A stretch of 63,900 nt of DNA, the filler included. It is 15 parts of 15 records of this genome, joined end to end, with 100 filler letters (N's around TTAATTAATTAA, not from the genome) between each part and the next. Parts side by side here need not be neighbours in the genome. Positions count along the whole stretch, not along the records: positions 1 to 3,370 come from SRR15195285_6291; positions 3,471 to 7,276 come from SRR15195285_6293; positions 7,377 to 10,507 come from SRR15195285_6294; positions 10,608 to 14,883 come from SRR15195285_6297; 11 more parts are not named here. One strand, written 5' to 3'. Below, piece by piece: positions 1-11,151 of this stretch. The translations under genes were made by a program, and so were the position numbers. The notes beneath the pieces are model-generated. The model did no database searches. It was not told the DNA's origin and saw only the letters and a list, made by a program, of their open reading frames with translations. The stretch's first letter is position 1, and every line of letters starts with the position of its first letter.

Positions 1-139
1 ATGAATTTTAAAAAGATATCGACAGGCCTAGAGTATACACGCGGCCGGTGCGGCGGTTCCGGCATGGTTCCGGCGGATTAGCGCGTGCCCTCTGCCTCGT
101 GCGTGCAGCTGGACTGGGCTGCTTGGGGCGCTGGCAGCC

Positions 140-818
140 ATGACGACGCCGGAGATGAAGAAGAAGCTGATCTCGGTACGTGTTCCAGCCCTGTGGCTGG
201 CTGGGCGTTGCGGGCAGCCGGGCAGTGGTTTGTGGTGCCTTCCCCCGAGGGGATGGAGGGTCGGGGCCCCGGGCGGCCGTGCGCGGTTGTGACGCGCTTG
301 CGGTGTGTGTGGCAGGACTGCATCACATTTCTCCAAGATCCGCGCGTGACGAGCTCGCTAGAAGACCACCGCGTCAAGTATCTACAGGTGAGCAGCCGTT
401 GCTGCCTCTCCTCGGGGCTGTCGCTCCCTGTGCGGCGCCGGCAGCCAACGAGTACGCAGAGCGCTGACATGCTGCCCAATGGCTGTGCGTGACTTACTGC
501 CAACGCTGTGGTGGCCTGGCTCTGCGACAGGAGCGGATGAAGCTGACAGATGAGGAGGTAGAGGAGTGTTTTCAGGGCGCATATGGTCATGGAACAGCAG
601 CGTACGAAGCTGCCAAAAATGCAAAGGAGGCCATGCTCGCTGAGAAGAAGGAAGCGGACATGGCCAAGAAGGCAGCCAAGAAGTCCAAGTCCAAGGGCAA
701 GTCCTCCAAATCCAAGTCCAAGGGCAAGTCCTCCAAGTCAAAGGCCAAGGGGTCCAAGGGATCCAAGGCGAAGAAGGCAAAGAAAACGAAAGCTTCTAAG
801 AAGAAGAAGTCGAAGTGA
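140..818 (+). CDS. Small protein (~131 aa): Pex14_N-like helical domain followed by a Lys/Ser/Ala-rich basic tail; exons 140-175, 316-387, 531-818
   Basis: Two phase-0 GT-AG introns (176-315, 388-530) join MTTPEMKKKLIS|DCITFLQDPRVTSSLEDHRVKYLQ|ERMKLTDEEVEECF. This matches the Pex14_N pattern (LIxxAxxFLQDPRV...KxxFLxxKGLTxEEIxEA). The tail is KKSKSKGKSSKSK repeats. Confidence 0.7.
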
Positions 819-1262
819 GCGCGCTCGTGGGCCGTTTGTGGCCACTTGCCTCCCTTCCCATTGTCGCGGAGAACATCCGCGCTCTGTGACTACGAGTACT
901 TACTATAACAATTGAGCGAAGCGGTTTGCTGTTCACTCAAGACAGAACGACCACGCGCCTGGTGCCTTGAGCCGATCTTGCGCCATCGCTAGCCCTGCAC
1001 GCAGCGTAGTCTACAGTAGCGTAGCTCAAAAGTCTGGGTTCAGCATGGTCGCCACGCCCACGCACCCAGCGCATGTGCTCCTTGTCAGTACCGCGCAATG
1101 CTACAACACACGTCTAGTCGCGAGCCATATGGTTCTCTTGGTCCTCGTCATTGGATGAAGTGTGCATGGTAATTCTTGCACGTGATGTTCGATGGAGAGA
1201 ACGCTGAGTGAATCTAGCTTGGCGACTTTTATGCCCACACTGCCACAAGCCGCACAGGCCTA

Positions 1263-3038
1263 CTATACCTTAGCACCAGCTGCGATGAGCTGTCCTGCTG
1301 ACTCTTCGTTTCCCCCTTCAAGAGCAGCCTGCAACGGAGTCACTCCATCATCGCGTGCAGAGTTTACATCTGCACCGTTGCTGATGAGCAACTCAACGAC
1401 GATGTCGTGACCGTTCTGCGCCGCCATCAAGAGCGCCGATGAACCGTCCTTGGTGCTTGCGTTAACGTCTGCGCCGGCACGCAAAAGCAGCTCGGTACAT
1501 TCCCATGAACCCTCGCCTGCGGCGATCATGAAGGCGTTGAAGCCGTCGTGGCGCGCGCGGTTCGCGTAGGCGGACACTATCTTGGTGTCACATGCGGTCA
1601 GCAGCAGTCCACAAACGTCGGCGTGCTTCTCCTGTGCCGCCATGAAAAGTGCCGTCGTTCCATCATTCAAGGTCGCTTCCAGATCAGCCCCTGCGTGTAT
1701 CATCAACTCAATGAACTGAGCCTCGCCGTTTTCCGCCGCAATGATGAGCGCAGTCGTGCCATCTGGCAGAGCCCAGTCGACATCTGGTGCCACCGCTTGC
1801 GAGTGGCTCATGAGCGCACGACCGACCTTCCAGTTTCCATCTTCTGCAGCCATTAAGAGGGGCGTATAGCCATTTGCATCCGGCCTTTTCACGCTTTCCG
1901 GCGCGTGGCGAAGCAACGCCTCGATCGCGTTCAGGCTGGACCGAGCACATGCTACCTGAAGCGCCGTGACGCCGTCGCCTGAGCGACCACTGCCAAGATC
2001 GATCCCGGCAGTAGATAGGTAATCAATCAGCTCGTGGTCGTCAACTGCTGCTGCAGCGTACGGGAGGAACGACCCTAGCTCGCGGAAAGCATTTGTGCCG
2101 TAGTCCTCGTTGGCTTGGATGTACGTCGCAAGGGCCTGGAGCGCACTAACGACAGTTTCTCCGCGGAGCTCCTTTTTCTTCGTTTTCGAGGGCTCACCAT
2201 CCTTGAGCTCCGTCGGCACCAGCGAGAGCATTTTGTCGAAAGCAGCCTGGCTACGCTGTGACTGGTCGTTCTTGACGTATTGTCGGAAGATCGCCAATGC
2301 GCTGCAGGCAGCTTTCAGCTGCCCCTTCTTCGCACGCATGGCCTTCCCAGCCTCCGACTGTGGGTGGACAGGACCGGTGTTCTGGCCGGCAGCCGCCTTC
2401 TTCTTCTGCGTGCCACCGCCGCTACTGCCACCGACACCACCGCCACCAGTGGGCGACGCCCGGCTGCCCCTCGAGGAAGCGTTGCGCGACCGCGAGCGGC
2501 CTTCAGAGCGCACAGTGCGCGCGCGCCGCCCACCATCCATCGTACCCGGCCGTGCGCCTCCGCGCGACACCGGGCGCTCGCCAGAGGCCCTGAGTGGCTG
2601 CCCACCCTCAAAGCCACCGCCCTCGCCACCCCGCCGACGTCCCGCAAGCCCAGATGGCGCCGGGGTAGGCTTCGACATTTCCTCCTGCTCTACTTCCTGG
2701 CGACGCGCCTCCAGACGCGCACGTCTGAGCTCCTCTCGCTTGCGCTGACGCGCAAAGAAACTGTCGCCACCGCCGCCGCTGCCACCGCCGCCGTCGCCGT
2801 CGCCGTCGCCCCTAGAACCATCACCCGCAGTCGTCGTCGGGCGCTGCACAAGCCGATCCCTCGCTCTTGTGCTCCCCGTCCGCGCCGACTTGGGCGGCTG
2901 CACCGCCGTGGCCCTCACCGCCCTCGGCTCAAACTCAGAGTGGTTCCGTGAGCTCGCCTTCATCCCAGAGGCGGGCAGCGCAGTCTTCCGATGCCCATAG
3001 GAGGGCAGCTCACGCCCCCCCATCGCCACCGAGGACAT
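1263..3038 (-). CDS. Ankyrin-repeat protein (about 7-8 C-terminal repeats) with a disordered G/R/S-rich N-terminus
   Basis: 591-aa ORF with repeated GxTALxxAAxxG motifs (GVTALQVAC, GYTPLLMAAEDG, GTTALIIAAENG, GTTALFMAAQEK, GSSALLMAAQNG, GVTPLQAALEGG). Confidence 0.9.
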   Translation of the reverse strand: MSSVAMGGRELPSYGHRKTALPASGMKASSRNHSEFEPRAVRATAVQPPKSARTGSTRARDRLVQRPTTTAGDGSRGDGDGDGGGGSGGGGDSFFARQRKREELRRARLEARRQEVEQEEMSKPTPAPSGLAGRRRGGEGGGFEGGQPLRASGERPVSRGGARPGTMDGGRRARTVRSEGRSRSRNASSRGSRASPTGGGGVGGSSGGGTQKKKAAAGQNTGPVHPQSEAGKAMRAKKGQLKAACSALAIFRQYVKNDQSQRSQAAFDKMLSLVPTELKDGEPSKTKKKELRGETVVSALQALATYIQANEDYGTNAFRELGSFLPYAAAAVDDHELIDYLSTAGIDLGSGRSGDGVTALQVACARSSLNAIEALLRHAPESVKRPDANGYTPLLMAAEDGNWKVGRALMSHSQAVAPDVDWALPDGTTALIIAAENGEAQFIELMIHAGADLEATLNDGTTALFMAAQEKHADVCGLLLTACDTKIVSAYANRARHDGFNAFMIAAGEGSWECTELLLRAGADVNASTKDGSSALLMAAQNGHDIVVELLISNGADVNSARDDGVTPLQAALEGGNEESAGQLIAAGAKV

Positions 3039-3043
3039 CTCGA

Positions 3044-3121
3044 ACCACGCTGATCACGCTGATCACCACGCTGATCGCGCTGGGAACCACGCTGTTCACG
3101 CTGGGAACCCCGCTGGTCACA
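3044..3121. repeat. Degenerate 9-12 nt tandem repeat (ACCACGCTGATC / ACGCTGGGA) just upstream of the ankyrin gene ATG
   Basis: About 7 imperfect CGCTG-core units are visible. An in-frame TGA upstream of ATG 3038 places them in the 5'UTR or promoter. Confidence 0.7.
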
Positions 3122-3370
3122 CTGGCAATGGTGTGGCCAGTTCTCGCACGTTATGAGGGGTGGCCAACAAGCAAAAAGCGGTTGAAACCGCAGTTCCCTG
3201 GCCGTTTTTCAGGCGTGATCCAAATCAGCGGGCGGCGTCAACGTTCCGTCGTTGCGCTCCGCCGCCGCCGCCGGCTGAGGTGCAAATGTTTGTTTCTCCG
3301 AAACAGGGGTGATTGCCAGATTGGCGCAGTTTGGATCCATTGGATCTATTTCCAGTCTTCGGCGGCGCGG

Positions 3371-3470
3371 NNNNNNNNNNNNNNNNNNNNNNNNNNNNNN
3401 NNNNNNNNNNNNNNTTAATTAATTAANNNNNNNNNNNNNNNNNNNNNNNNNNNNNNNNNNNNNNNNNNNN
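3371..3470. other. Artificial contig linker (N44-TTAATTAATTAA-N44). The other 13 are at 7277-7376, 10508-10607, 14884-14983, 20891-20990, 24283-24382, 28426-28525, 32305-32404, 41638-41737, 45120-45219, 48985-49084, 53280-53379, 57114-57213 and 60553-60652
   Basis: The identical 100-nt spacer with stop codons in all six frames occurs 14 times. Confidence 0.99.
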
Positions 3471-3471
3471 C

Positions 3472-4050
<579 letters not shown>

Positions 4051-4141
4051 TTAAAACTACAGCAGTAATGTGTGCATTCACATAAGAACGGACTATGCAG
4101 CTGATTGCACACAAAAACACTCTACCTGCACCTAGCACTTT

Positions 4142-7001
4142 TTATCTAGGGCAGCATAGCGCCTCCAGATGCCCTCGCCAGCCGGGCTTCTGGCGCAGCG
4201 AAAGCCGCAGGTCTTCAAACCACAGCTCACCGTAGCACCTGCTGACAACTAGCCTGGCCCCTGATACAGCGGATTGTTCGTACAGCTGCGTGCCTTGTCG
4301 ACACACTCTCTCAAACTGTGCCATGCTGATCGAGCCGGCCTGCGTGTCCAGCCCGCGGTGGTGACCTGCAGCTGTCGTGCAACGTGGACTGCCAAGTGGC
4401 CCCGGAGTCACCGCTGCGAACGCCACCTCAACACCATCGTTCTCGTGTCTCTGGGAGCTTAGGCGAACGGCAGTGCCAGTGGCTCGCGCTGACGTTTTGG
4501 CCGAATGCGTATGGTTCTGTGCAAGAGGCTCTACCCCCAGGATATTGCACAATGAGCTGTACTTGTCAAGCTCCCACACGCTCAGCCACGACAGAGACTC
4601 CGTTCCTCGTCCACCCTCAACACTATCGTGCCACTCTGCCTGAACCAGCTCTCGAGCATCCACAAAGTTCACAGCGCTCCCAGAGCGTCCATCTCTTGCA
4701 CGGATAATTGTTGATCCCCAGCGAATCGGTAACTCGTCAGCAAGCCGCATGATTTCTGCAGGACATAGACCGTCGCCAGTGATTGCGTCCGCCCACTGGT
4801 ATACCGCGGCGATCTTGGCGCTGAGTATGTCTGCGTCGCTAAACCCATCACTACGCATTTTTTCACTCTCTGAGTCAACTTGCTGCCTCCCTGTTTGCAC
4901 AATCGGCCAATTGCAGAAGTTGTTGTAACACGTGCCAGTACAGATAATGAAAGACTAAGCTGGCTGAAGCTACAACTAAACAAATACCGGGCACGAAAAA
5001 CACGCTCTCGGTATCGCGAGCGACCAAGAGTCGCTCAGGGATACCACAATGGGTTACGGACTCACATGTTTGCGCCTTGCATGAGTCAAGACCCAAGATT
5101 GGATCGACAGCTGCACTTACTGGAAACAGCACGAGGGTGAGGAAAAAGCAGACAGTTGCTGGAACAATGGCGGCGATGCGATCGCCGCAGAAATAGTATT
5201 GCGGGTCGTCAGGTCCACCCGGTCCGAGAAGCTTGTCATTGTAATTGTTGGCAACATGATCAGCTAGCACGAACGTTGCTACCGTAGCAGCAATCAGTAG
5301 AACAAATACCAAGTACAGAAAGGCTGCATGCCAGTAGTTTTGTTCCCTATCGACAGCTTCATATCCCATGCAGAAAAAAACTGTGACACCCAGAACGACG
5401 GCAACCATCGCCCAGGCTCCAAACGCACAGCCAAGCAACGCCATACTCAACACAAGTACGCAATGCTGCGCCGATCGCAACAAGACCACAGTTACACCAT
5501 ATCTCGACCTCATTACAATCTCATTTCGGCTCATCGCATTCCCGTTCCGTCCGATCGCTTCTAGTGTGAAGCATGTGACCCCTGCACCCAGGATAGAGAC
5601 ACACAGTGAAGTCGTGATGAGTGCGCTAAAACTGCGCGACGATGAATCGAGTTGCCCCATGACAACGCCGACCCATGCCTGCAGCAGAGACTGTGGTAGG
5701 GCCTCAAAGACCAGATCGATCGCCTTGTATAGCTTCATCTTCTCCAAGATGTGCGCGCTACTCATGTGACCACTTAAACAAACACCTACGTGAACAAGAT
5801 GAGACAAGCCGAGCAGGCCCAGTACCAAACCAAGAGGGTAACTACGGAATTGCGCCATTCCTGTGCCACCAGCCATGCCAGAGTGGGCAATCAGTGACCT
5901 GAAACTGATTCCGCTGAGAGGGGTGAGACGACTGGTCTTACCAAGCTTCGCATGAAGGTCCACGCCCGCCAGAAGAGTACCACTGAGAGACCCAGACAGC
6001 AATTGAATCGTGAGGCTAGTCTTGAACCAGTTCATGTCACCGTTAATATAGAACGAAAACGTTACAGCCCAGTCGGTGGCCACATTGATCATTGGCAAGG
6101 TCAAGCTGCACAGTAAGGCGAGAAAGGCAGGAAATCGTGTCCGCCCGGAGATCTTCCACAGCCGAAGCCCTTGCAAATATGCCCGACAGTCTGCACACCA
6201 GACCACTGCGGCACCTTCGTTCGACCCATGTAGCACACCGATTCGTTGCAGCTCCGGGGCTGCCGAAGTCAGCTGTGCATTGACACTGTCTGTGGTCTCC
6301 ATCAATGTGTGGCTCGCGAAAGCAACAGCTGTGCGTTTGGATTCTACCGAACCCTGGCGCTCTGTGTGCACCATATGCGCCTCGACAGCATCCATAAATT
6401 CGATAACCTCTATCTCGCCGTCGCCGTCGTGATCCAGAGCTGTCAGAAACTCTTTGACTTCATACGCATTGACCGTCACGCCGAACCGCACGAACGCTGC
6501 CCGGAGCTCGCCAACACTCACGGTCCCCGAACCATCCATGTCCAAGGCTCGGAAGAATGCGAAAAGCTGCATATTTTGTGCGGCCATGGCGGTCAGTACC
6601 CTTTCAAGGACCGGTGGTTCGCCCTGTGCCTCTCGCTGGACTGAAAGTAGGTCCAGACGTGGCACTCCGCTGGGGGCCACGGCTACACGACGAGAGGTCT
6701 GTATATCTGCTCTCTGCTGGCGCGTCTGCTGACGGGCCCGCTGGATAGCATCCATAAAATCCACCAGACGTATTCCGTCATCTGTACCGTCGCCACCTAA
6801 ATCTTCGAGCAGTGACCCCATCTCCGCCGTGGTGAGCTCGAGATCCTGCTGCGCGAGTCCAGCATGCAGCTCGTCCTTCGACAAGATACCTGACCTATCG
6901 GAGTCGAGCGATTGGAAGAATTGGAAAGTAGTCGGCGCATGCTCTTGTTCCATGAGAGCAACTATCTTCCGCAGCGCGTCGCTGTGCTTTCTCGCGGACA
7001 T
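4142..7001 (-). CDS. EF-hand (x4) + XK-related (Xkr scramblase-like) multi-pass membrane protein; one intron at 4891-5065
   Basis: EF loops DSDRSGILSKDE, DMDGSGTVSVGE and DHDGDGEIEVIEF, plus a degenerate fourth. XK-type motifs TDWAVTFSFYINGDMNWF and DLVFEALPQSLLQAW. A GTGAGT...CAG intron joins ORF 4875-7010 to ORF 4142-4900 in frame (QT|WRQQVDSE). Confidence 0.75.
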
Positions 7002-7732
7002 TCCGCACAACCTACTACTACCACCTTTACAGAAGTCTTGGTATCATCACTCCTGCTCGGGCCACTCTGGTCGATCCCGCGCCCACGTGCCAGGCGCGCG
7101 CGCGCGTGGCGCTCCATCCATGCATCTCCGCCGTCGCGGCGCGCGTCCGCGTGCGCGCGACGACCCCGCCGGGCGCCCCCGCACAGACGACCCGCCGCGC
7201 GCCTGCCAGTGCGCCCCAGCAACATTCAGGTCTTCGAATGCATGTACTAGTACCCAGGTTGAAATTCGAAAATTGANNNNNNNNNNNNNNNNNNNNNNNN
7301 NNNNNNNNNNNNNNNNNNNNTTAATTAATTAANNNNNNNNNNNNNNNNNNNNNNNNNNNNNNNNNNNNNNNNNNNNTCCGTAGATGGGCTGCAGCGGAGC
7401 CTAGGAGACAGCGCTGCGCCATACTGTTGACTGCTGGTGCAAAAGTGGTCGCCCTGTTTCTCACCCATACGATTGACTGATGCAGCACGTTGGCTCTACG
7501 ATGGCGCCCTGACCAGCCAGCAAGCCAGCTGGCCATGAAGATGCTTGAGATGGCACCGTGTATCGATATGTGACCAGCCGTGCTACGGACTGGCCTGTGG
7601 GCAGTGCGTCGGCTCCGGAAGCGCGCCCTGACCCCCTGGCCAGCAGTTGGTCCGCTTGGGATGGCGCTCGGGCGCGGTGCTGTCGAGGGATGGCCATGGG
7701 AGTCTCGTGCTCGGAGGCGGTAGCGTACCCAC

Positions 7733-10507
7733 ATGGCATTCTCACGCGTGGGGACGGGACGTGGGCCGCTGGGGCGCACTCGCGGCGGCGCTCCCGAACG
7801 GGCTCAGCGATCGAACAAAAAACTAAGCGAGAGCCACTCCGTCGCCTCGCACTCCGGAAGCGCGCATGCCGATGGCCCAGCGACCACAGTGTACACCCAA
7901 GCAATCGGCGCTGCCAATGCACTGAGGCGCAAGCAGCGCAAAGCACTCAAGACGCTCCGAAGCAACGCGACGGAGGCGGATCTAGAACGCGTGATCGCGC
8001 GAAACGCCAGGCAGGTTGGTCTAGGGCTGCGCAGCGGAATGTGGCTCCCTACGAACGCGATCGCCAAGACATCTTCCAGTGTAAACAACCAACCAGGGAA
8101 AGGCACGAAGCGTCGCGAGCGCAAGCGCACGCGCCACTCCCCAGGCACGTCCCCTACCCCAACCCCAGTGCTGGATCCGATCGCCGCGCAGGTGGCTGCA
8201 GGTGGTGCGGTGCGAGCAATCGAGTCCCATCTCGCTGCAAACACAGCGCGTGAACGCGCATACCTGCGCGAGCGCAAACGGGACGAGGAACAGCGCGAGA
8301 GACTATCGCCAGGCGCCGCGGATGACCAGACTGTTACGGCTGAGGTTGTCCGCCTGCAGTCGCTCCTCGCAGAGACCGAGCTCGTGGTGACGACTGGGGC
8401 TGAAGGTAGGCCTGCTCCGTTGACACAACAGCTAACAGCAGAGGCTCCTGTTGCAGATGAAGCGCAGTCCGTGGCCGTGTCGTACCGGCAGCAATCGTCG
8501 GAGCGGCTCAATACGGATGTAGCACATGTGGCGCGGGAGCAGCTCAGACTCGATCCGCTAGTTTGCGTCGCTATTGATCGCGTCTGGTTGCTGGTAACTG
8601 GCTACGGGCGTAGCATGCAGCTCGACCGGGCGACATTCCTAAACTTCAACATTTTGGTTCAAAAGGCGCTTGATCTTGATAGCAGCTTTGATGTGTTCGA
8701 AGCAGAACGATCTGCTGCTGCGGAGTGGGAAGCAGACACAGTATCGCCGTCAGCAGCCCGTGTCGGCCGCACAGGTGAAGACGAAGGCTTTCACGGTATA
8801 TCAGAGAGACGGCATATGTCTCACCAGCAGTTTCACGATTCTCTATTCGAGCTTGTGGATATTTGGACCTGTGAAATATCATCACAATCCTACGCTGCTT
8901 TTCTCTGGCAGTTGTTGCAGCGGATTTCTTGCGTTTGTATTGTGTTTGACGACTCCGCGCTGGACGATTTTCGCACGCGAAAGTTTTTCTCGCACGACAG
9001 GCAGGGGGCTGCAGCGTGGGACACGGTACGGAGACACCATCACGGCCAAGATTTCGCCGCTCGATATTGCCTCAAAAATTTAGATCAGGTGCTGTCGTGG
9101 ACTGAGCAACCGACAACCTCAATCTACACCCACCCTCATCTCTTCAAAGTGAGTGACATTCACTGAAGCCGAACCTATCTTCGAGTAGACTATTTGCGTA
9201 TTCTCACTCGTTCGTGCGTTTCACTGCAACATAGGAGGTCGAGGACCAGATGCAATTGCTGCGTTCTGAGCTGCTCGAGGATGACGCGTACATGCATGGC
9301 GCAGAAGCAGTTAATACGTCTAAAGAGATCATGCGCAATAGCAGCCATTCGTTCTCTGGGCTGGTTAGTGGGACGACTGTTGGATGGCCGTTTGACGGCA
9401 GTGAAAAGCCCAACAATGGCCCTTTCGCTACGCGACACGAGACGTTTGAGGTGGTGACAGGAAGAAAAGTTATCAATCGATTTCGTGACAAAAAGGGAAA
9501 GAAAAACGAAACGCGTAGGCGGAAGGGTCTCTCGCATCGGCGCATTGGTTCGCTTTGCACCTGCCAACGCTGTCGAGCTGCTTGTGAAGTGCAAAGATTC
9601 TGGAGAGGGTCACTCGGTCGCCGTCTTGCGCTACGGGTTCGCATGGAGAGAGATGCAGCACGCACTATTCAGAATTCTTCGCGGAGGTGGCTGAAGAGGC
9701 GGCAGGCTGCTGCGATGCAGATTCAGCGCGTCTGGCGTGGCTACACCTCACGCGCCCACCTGCACCGTAGCGACAACCTTCTGGCGGTGGTAGTGACTGC
9801 GCCGGTGGATGATAAGGTGGCATGGATTTGTGCTACAGAGGAGACGCTGGAGCCTGCACTAGAGCCTAAACTGGAGCAGGCCAAATTTGACTTCTCACAA
9901 ACGGACCCCACGCAACAGAAATTCTCGCGCCTGAGCCCCCACTATAGCTACGTCGATGACAACGGGCGCGCAGACGCCACTTCCGATGCCAGCTGCATGG
10001 GGGACCAACTTTTCCTGAATGGGGTTAGCATGGCGGTGCAGCGTGCGGCCGCGCCTCTGGTGAGTGAGCTCTCTGCCGAAGCGCTACACCGAGTGCGGGA
10101 GCGAGCTCGGCAGCTGAAGGCTCATGTGGCGCCAGTCCAGATGCTGAACCTTGCGGACGGTGTTCGTTCTGACGCTGATCGACTTGACTCTGCGCTAGGC
10201 CATACGGCGTCTGTTGCCGTGGCTGGTCGTGAGTGGATGCCGACCCGGACCTCGTCACAACGCGCGACATCTGACCCGCAGTTACTCTCAAAGCTGCTGC
10301 TGCGGAGCCGCTCGTCGCGCAGCACCAGCAGGACGGCAGGAATGCGCAGGCAGAAGCGGGCTCACGAAAGCTCGTGCCGGCCGACATCTGCTCCTTCTTC
10401 TCGCCACACGTCTCAATGCAGGTGGAGCACTACTAGATCTAGTAGCTACAGTACAACGGAAAAGCGTTTGATCATCGAGGCGCAACCAGCGTCCAAGGAC
10501 TCATCAA
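7733..10507 (+). CDS. IQ-motif protein with a degenerate EF-hand-like helical domain (3'-truncated); intron 9149-9234
   Basis: A phase-0 GTGAGT...TAG intron fuses ORFs 7733-9166 and 9250+. IQ motifs VQRFWRGSLGRR, IQNSSRRWLKRR and IQRVWRGYTSR. The block FHDSLFELVDIWTCEI...YAAFLWQLL looks conserved. Confidence 0.7.
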
Positions 10508-10901
10508 NNNNNNNNNNNNNNNNNNNNNNNNNNNNNNNNNNNNNNNNNNNNTTAATTAATTAANNNNNNNNNNNNNNNNNNNNNNNNNNNNNNNNNNNNN
10601 NNNNNNNAACGTGTATCTATGAGGGAGGCGGGGGCGAGGGCGGGCGGGGCGGGCGGGCGGGGGGGAGAAGTTGTGGAGGGGAGGCGGTGAGCCGTCAACA
10701 GCTGTACGTGCGGGTTCTTGGAGGAGCGCTGCAGCGGGGAGTGTTGGGCCCGCGCAAGAGAACGCTCTTCCCTCACCCCGGGGCGGTTGTATGGGAGGGG
10801 GCGTTCTTTGGGCGGCGGGGGGCGGTTGGATGTGGGGGGGCTTGTTCGTGTTGTGGAGATGACACGTCCGACGGAGATGGTGGTGGCTTACCGGGCGCGA
10901 C

Positions 10902-10926
10902 GTGTGTGTGTGTGTGTGTGTGTGTG
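10902..10926. repeat. (GT)n microsatellite
   Basis: About 12 GT units, probably intronic. Confidence 0.9.
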
Positions 10927-11151
10927 CGTAGAACGGAAAGTACGCGGTCTCCAGCGGTGGGGACATCGGCGTGCCGTGGAATGACGACGTAAGGCACCAC
11001 CCCTCCTTCTGGTCTCTGCACCCGTGCCCGTGCCCCGTATCCGCCCTGCCGCCCGCGCGGGACATCGCGCGATCGATGGCCGACCGCGGCGCCTCTGGCT
11101 GACCGCTGCCGCGCTGCTCGGCTGTCCTGTCGCGACTGTGCGTGCGTGCAG

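Noticed and set aside
3044-3121. Short repeats as a CRISPR array or a TTLI-repeat peptide
   Set aside because: No unique spacers, no cas genes and a eukaryotic context. The + strand ORF is antisense to the ankyrin gene's 5' end.
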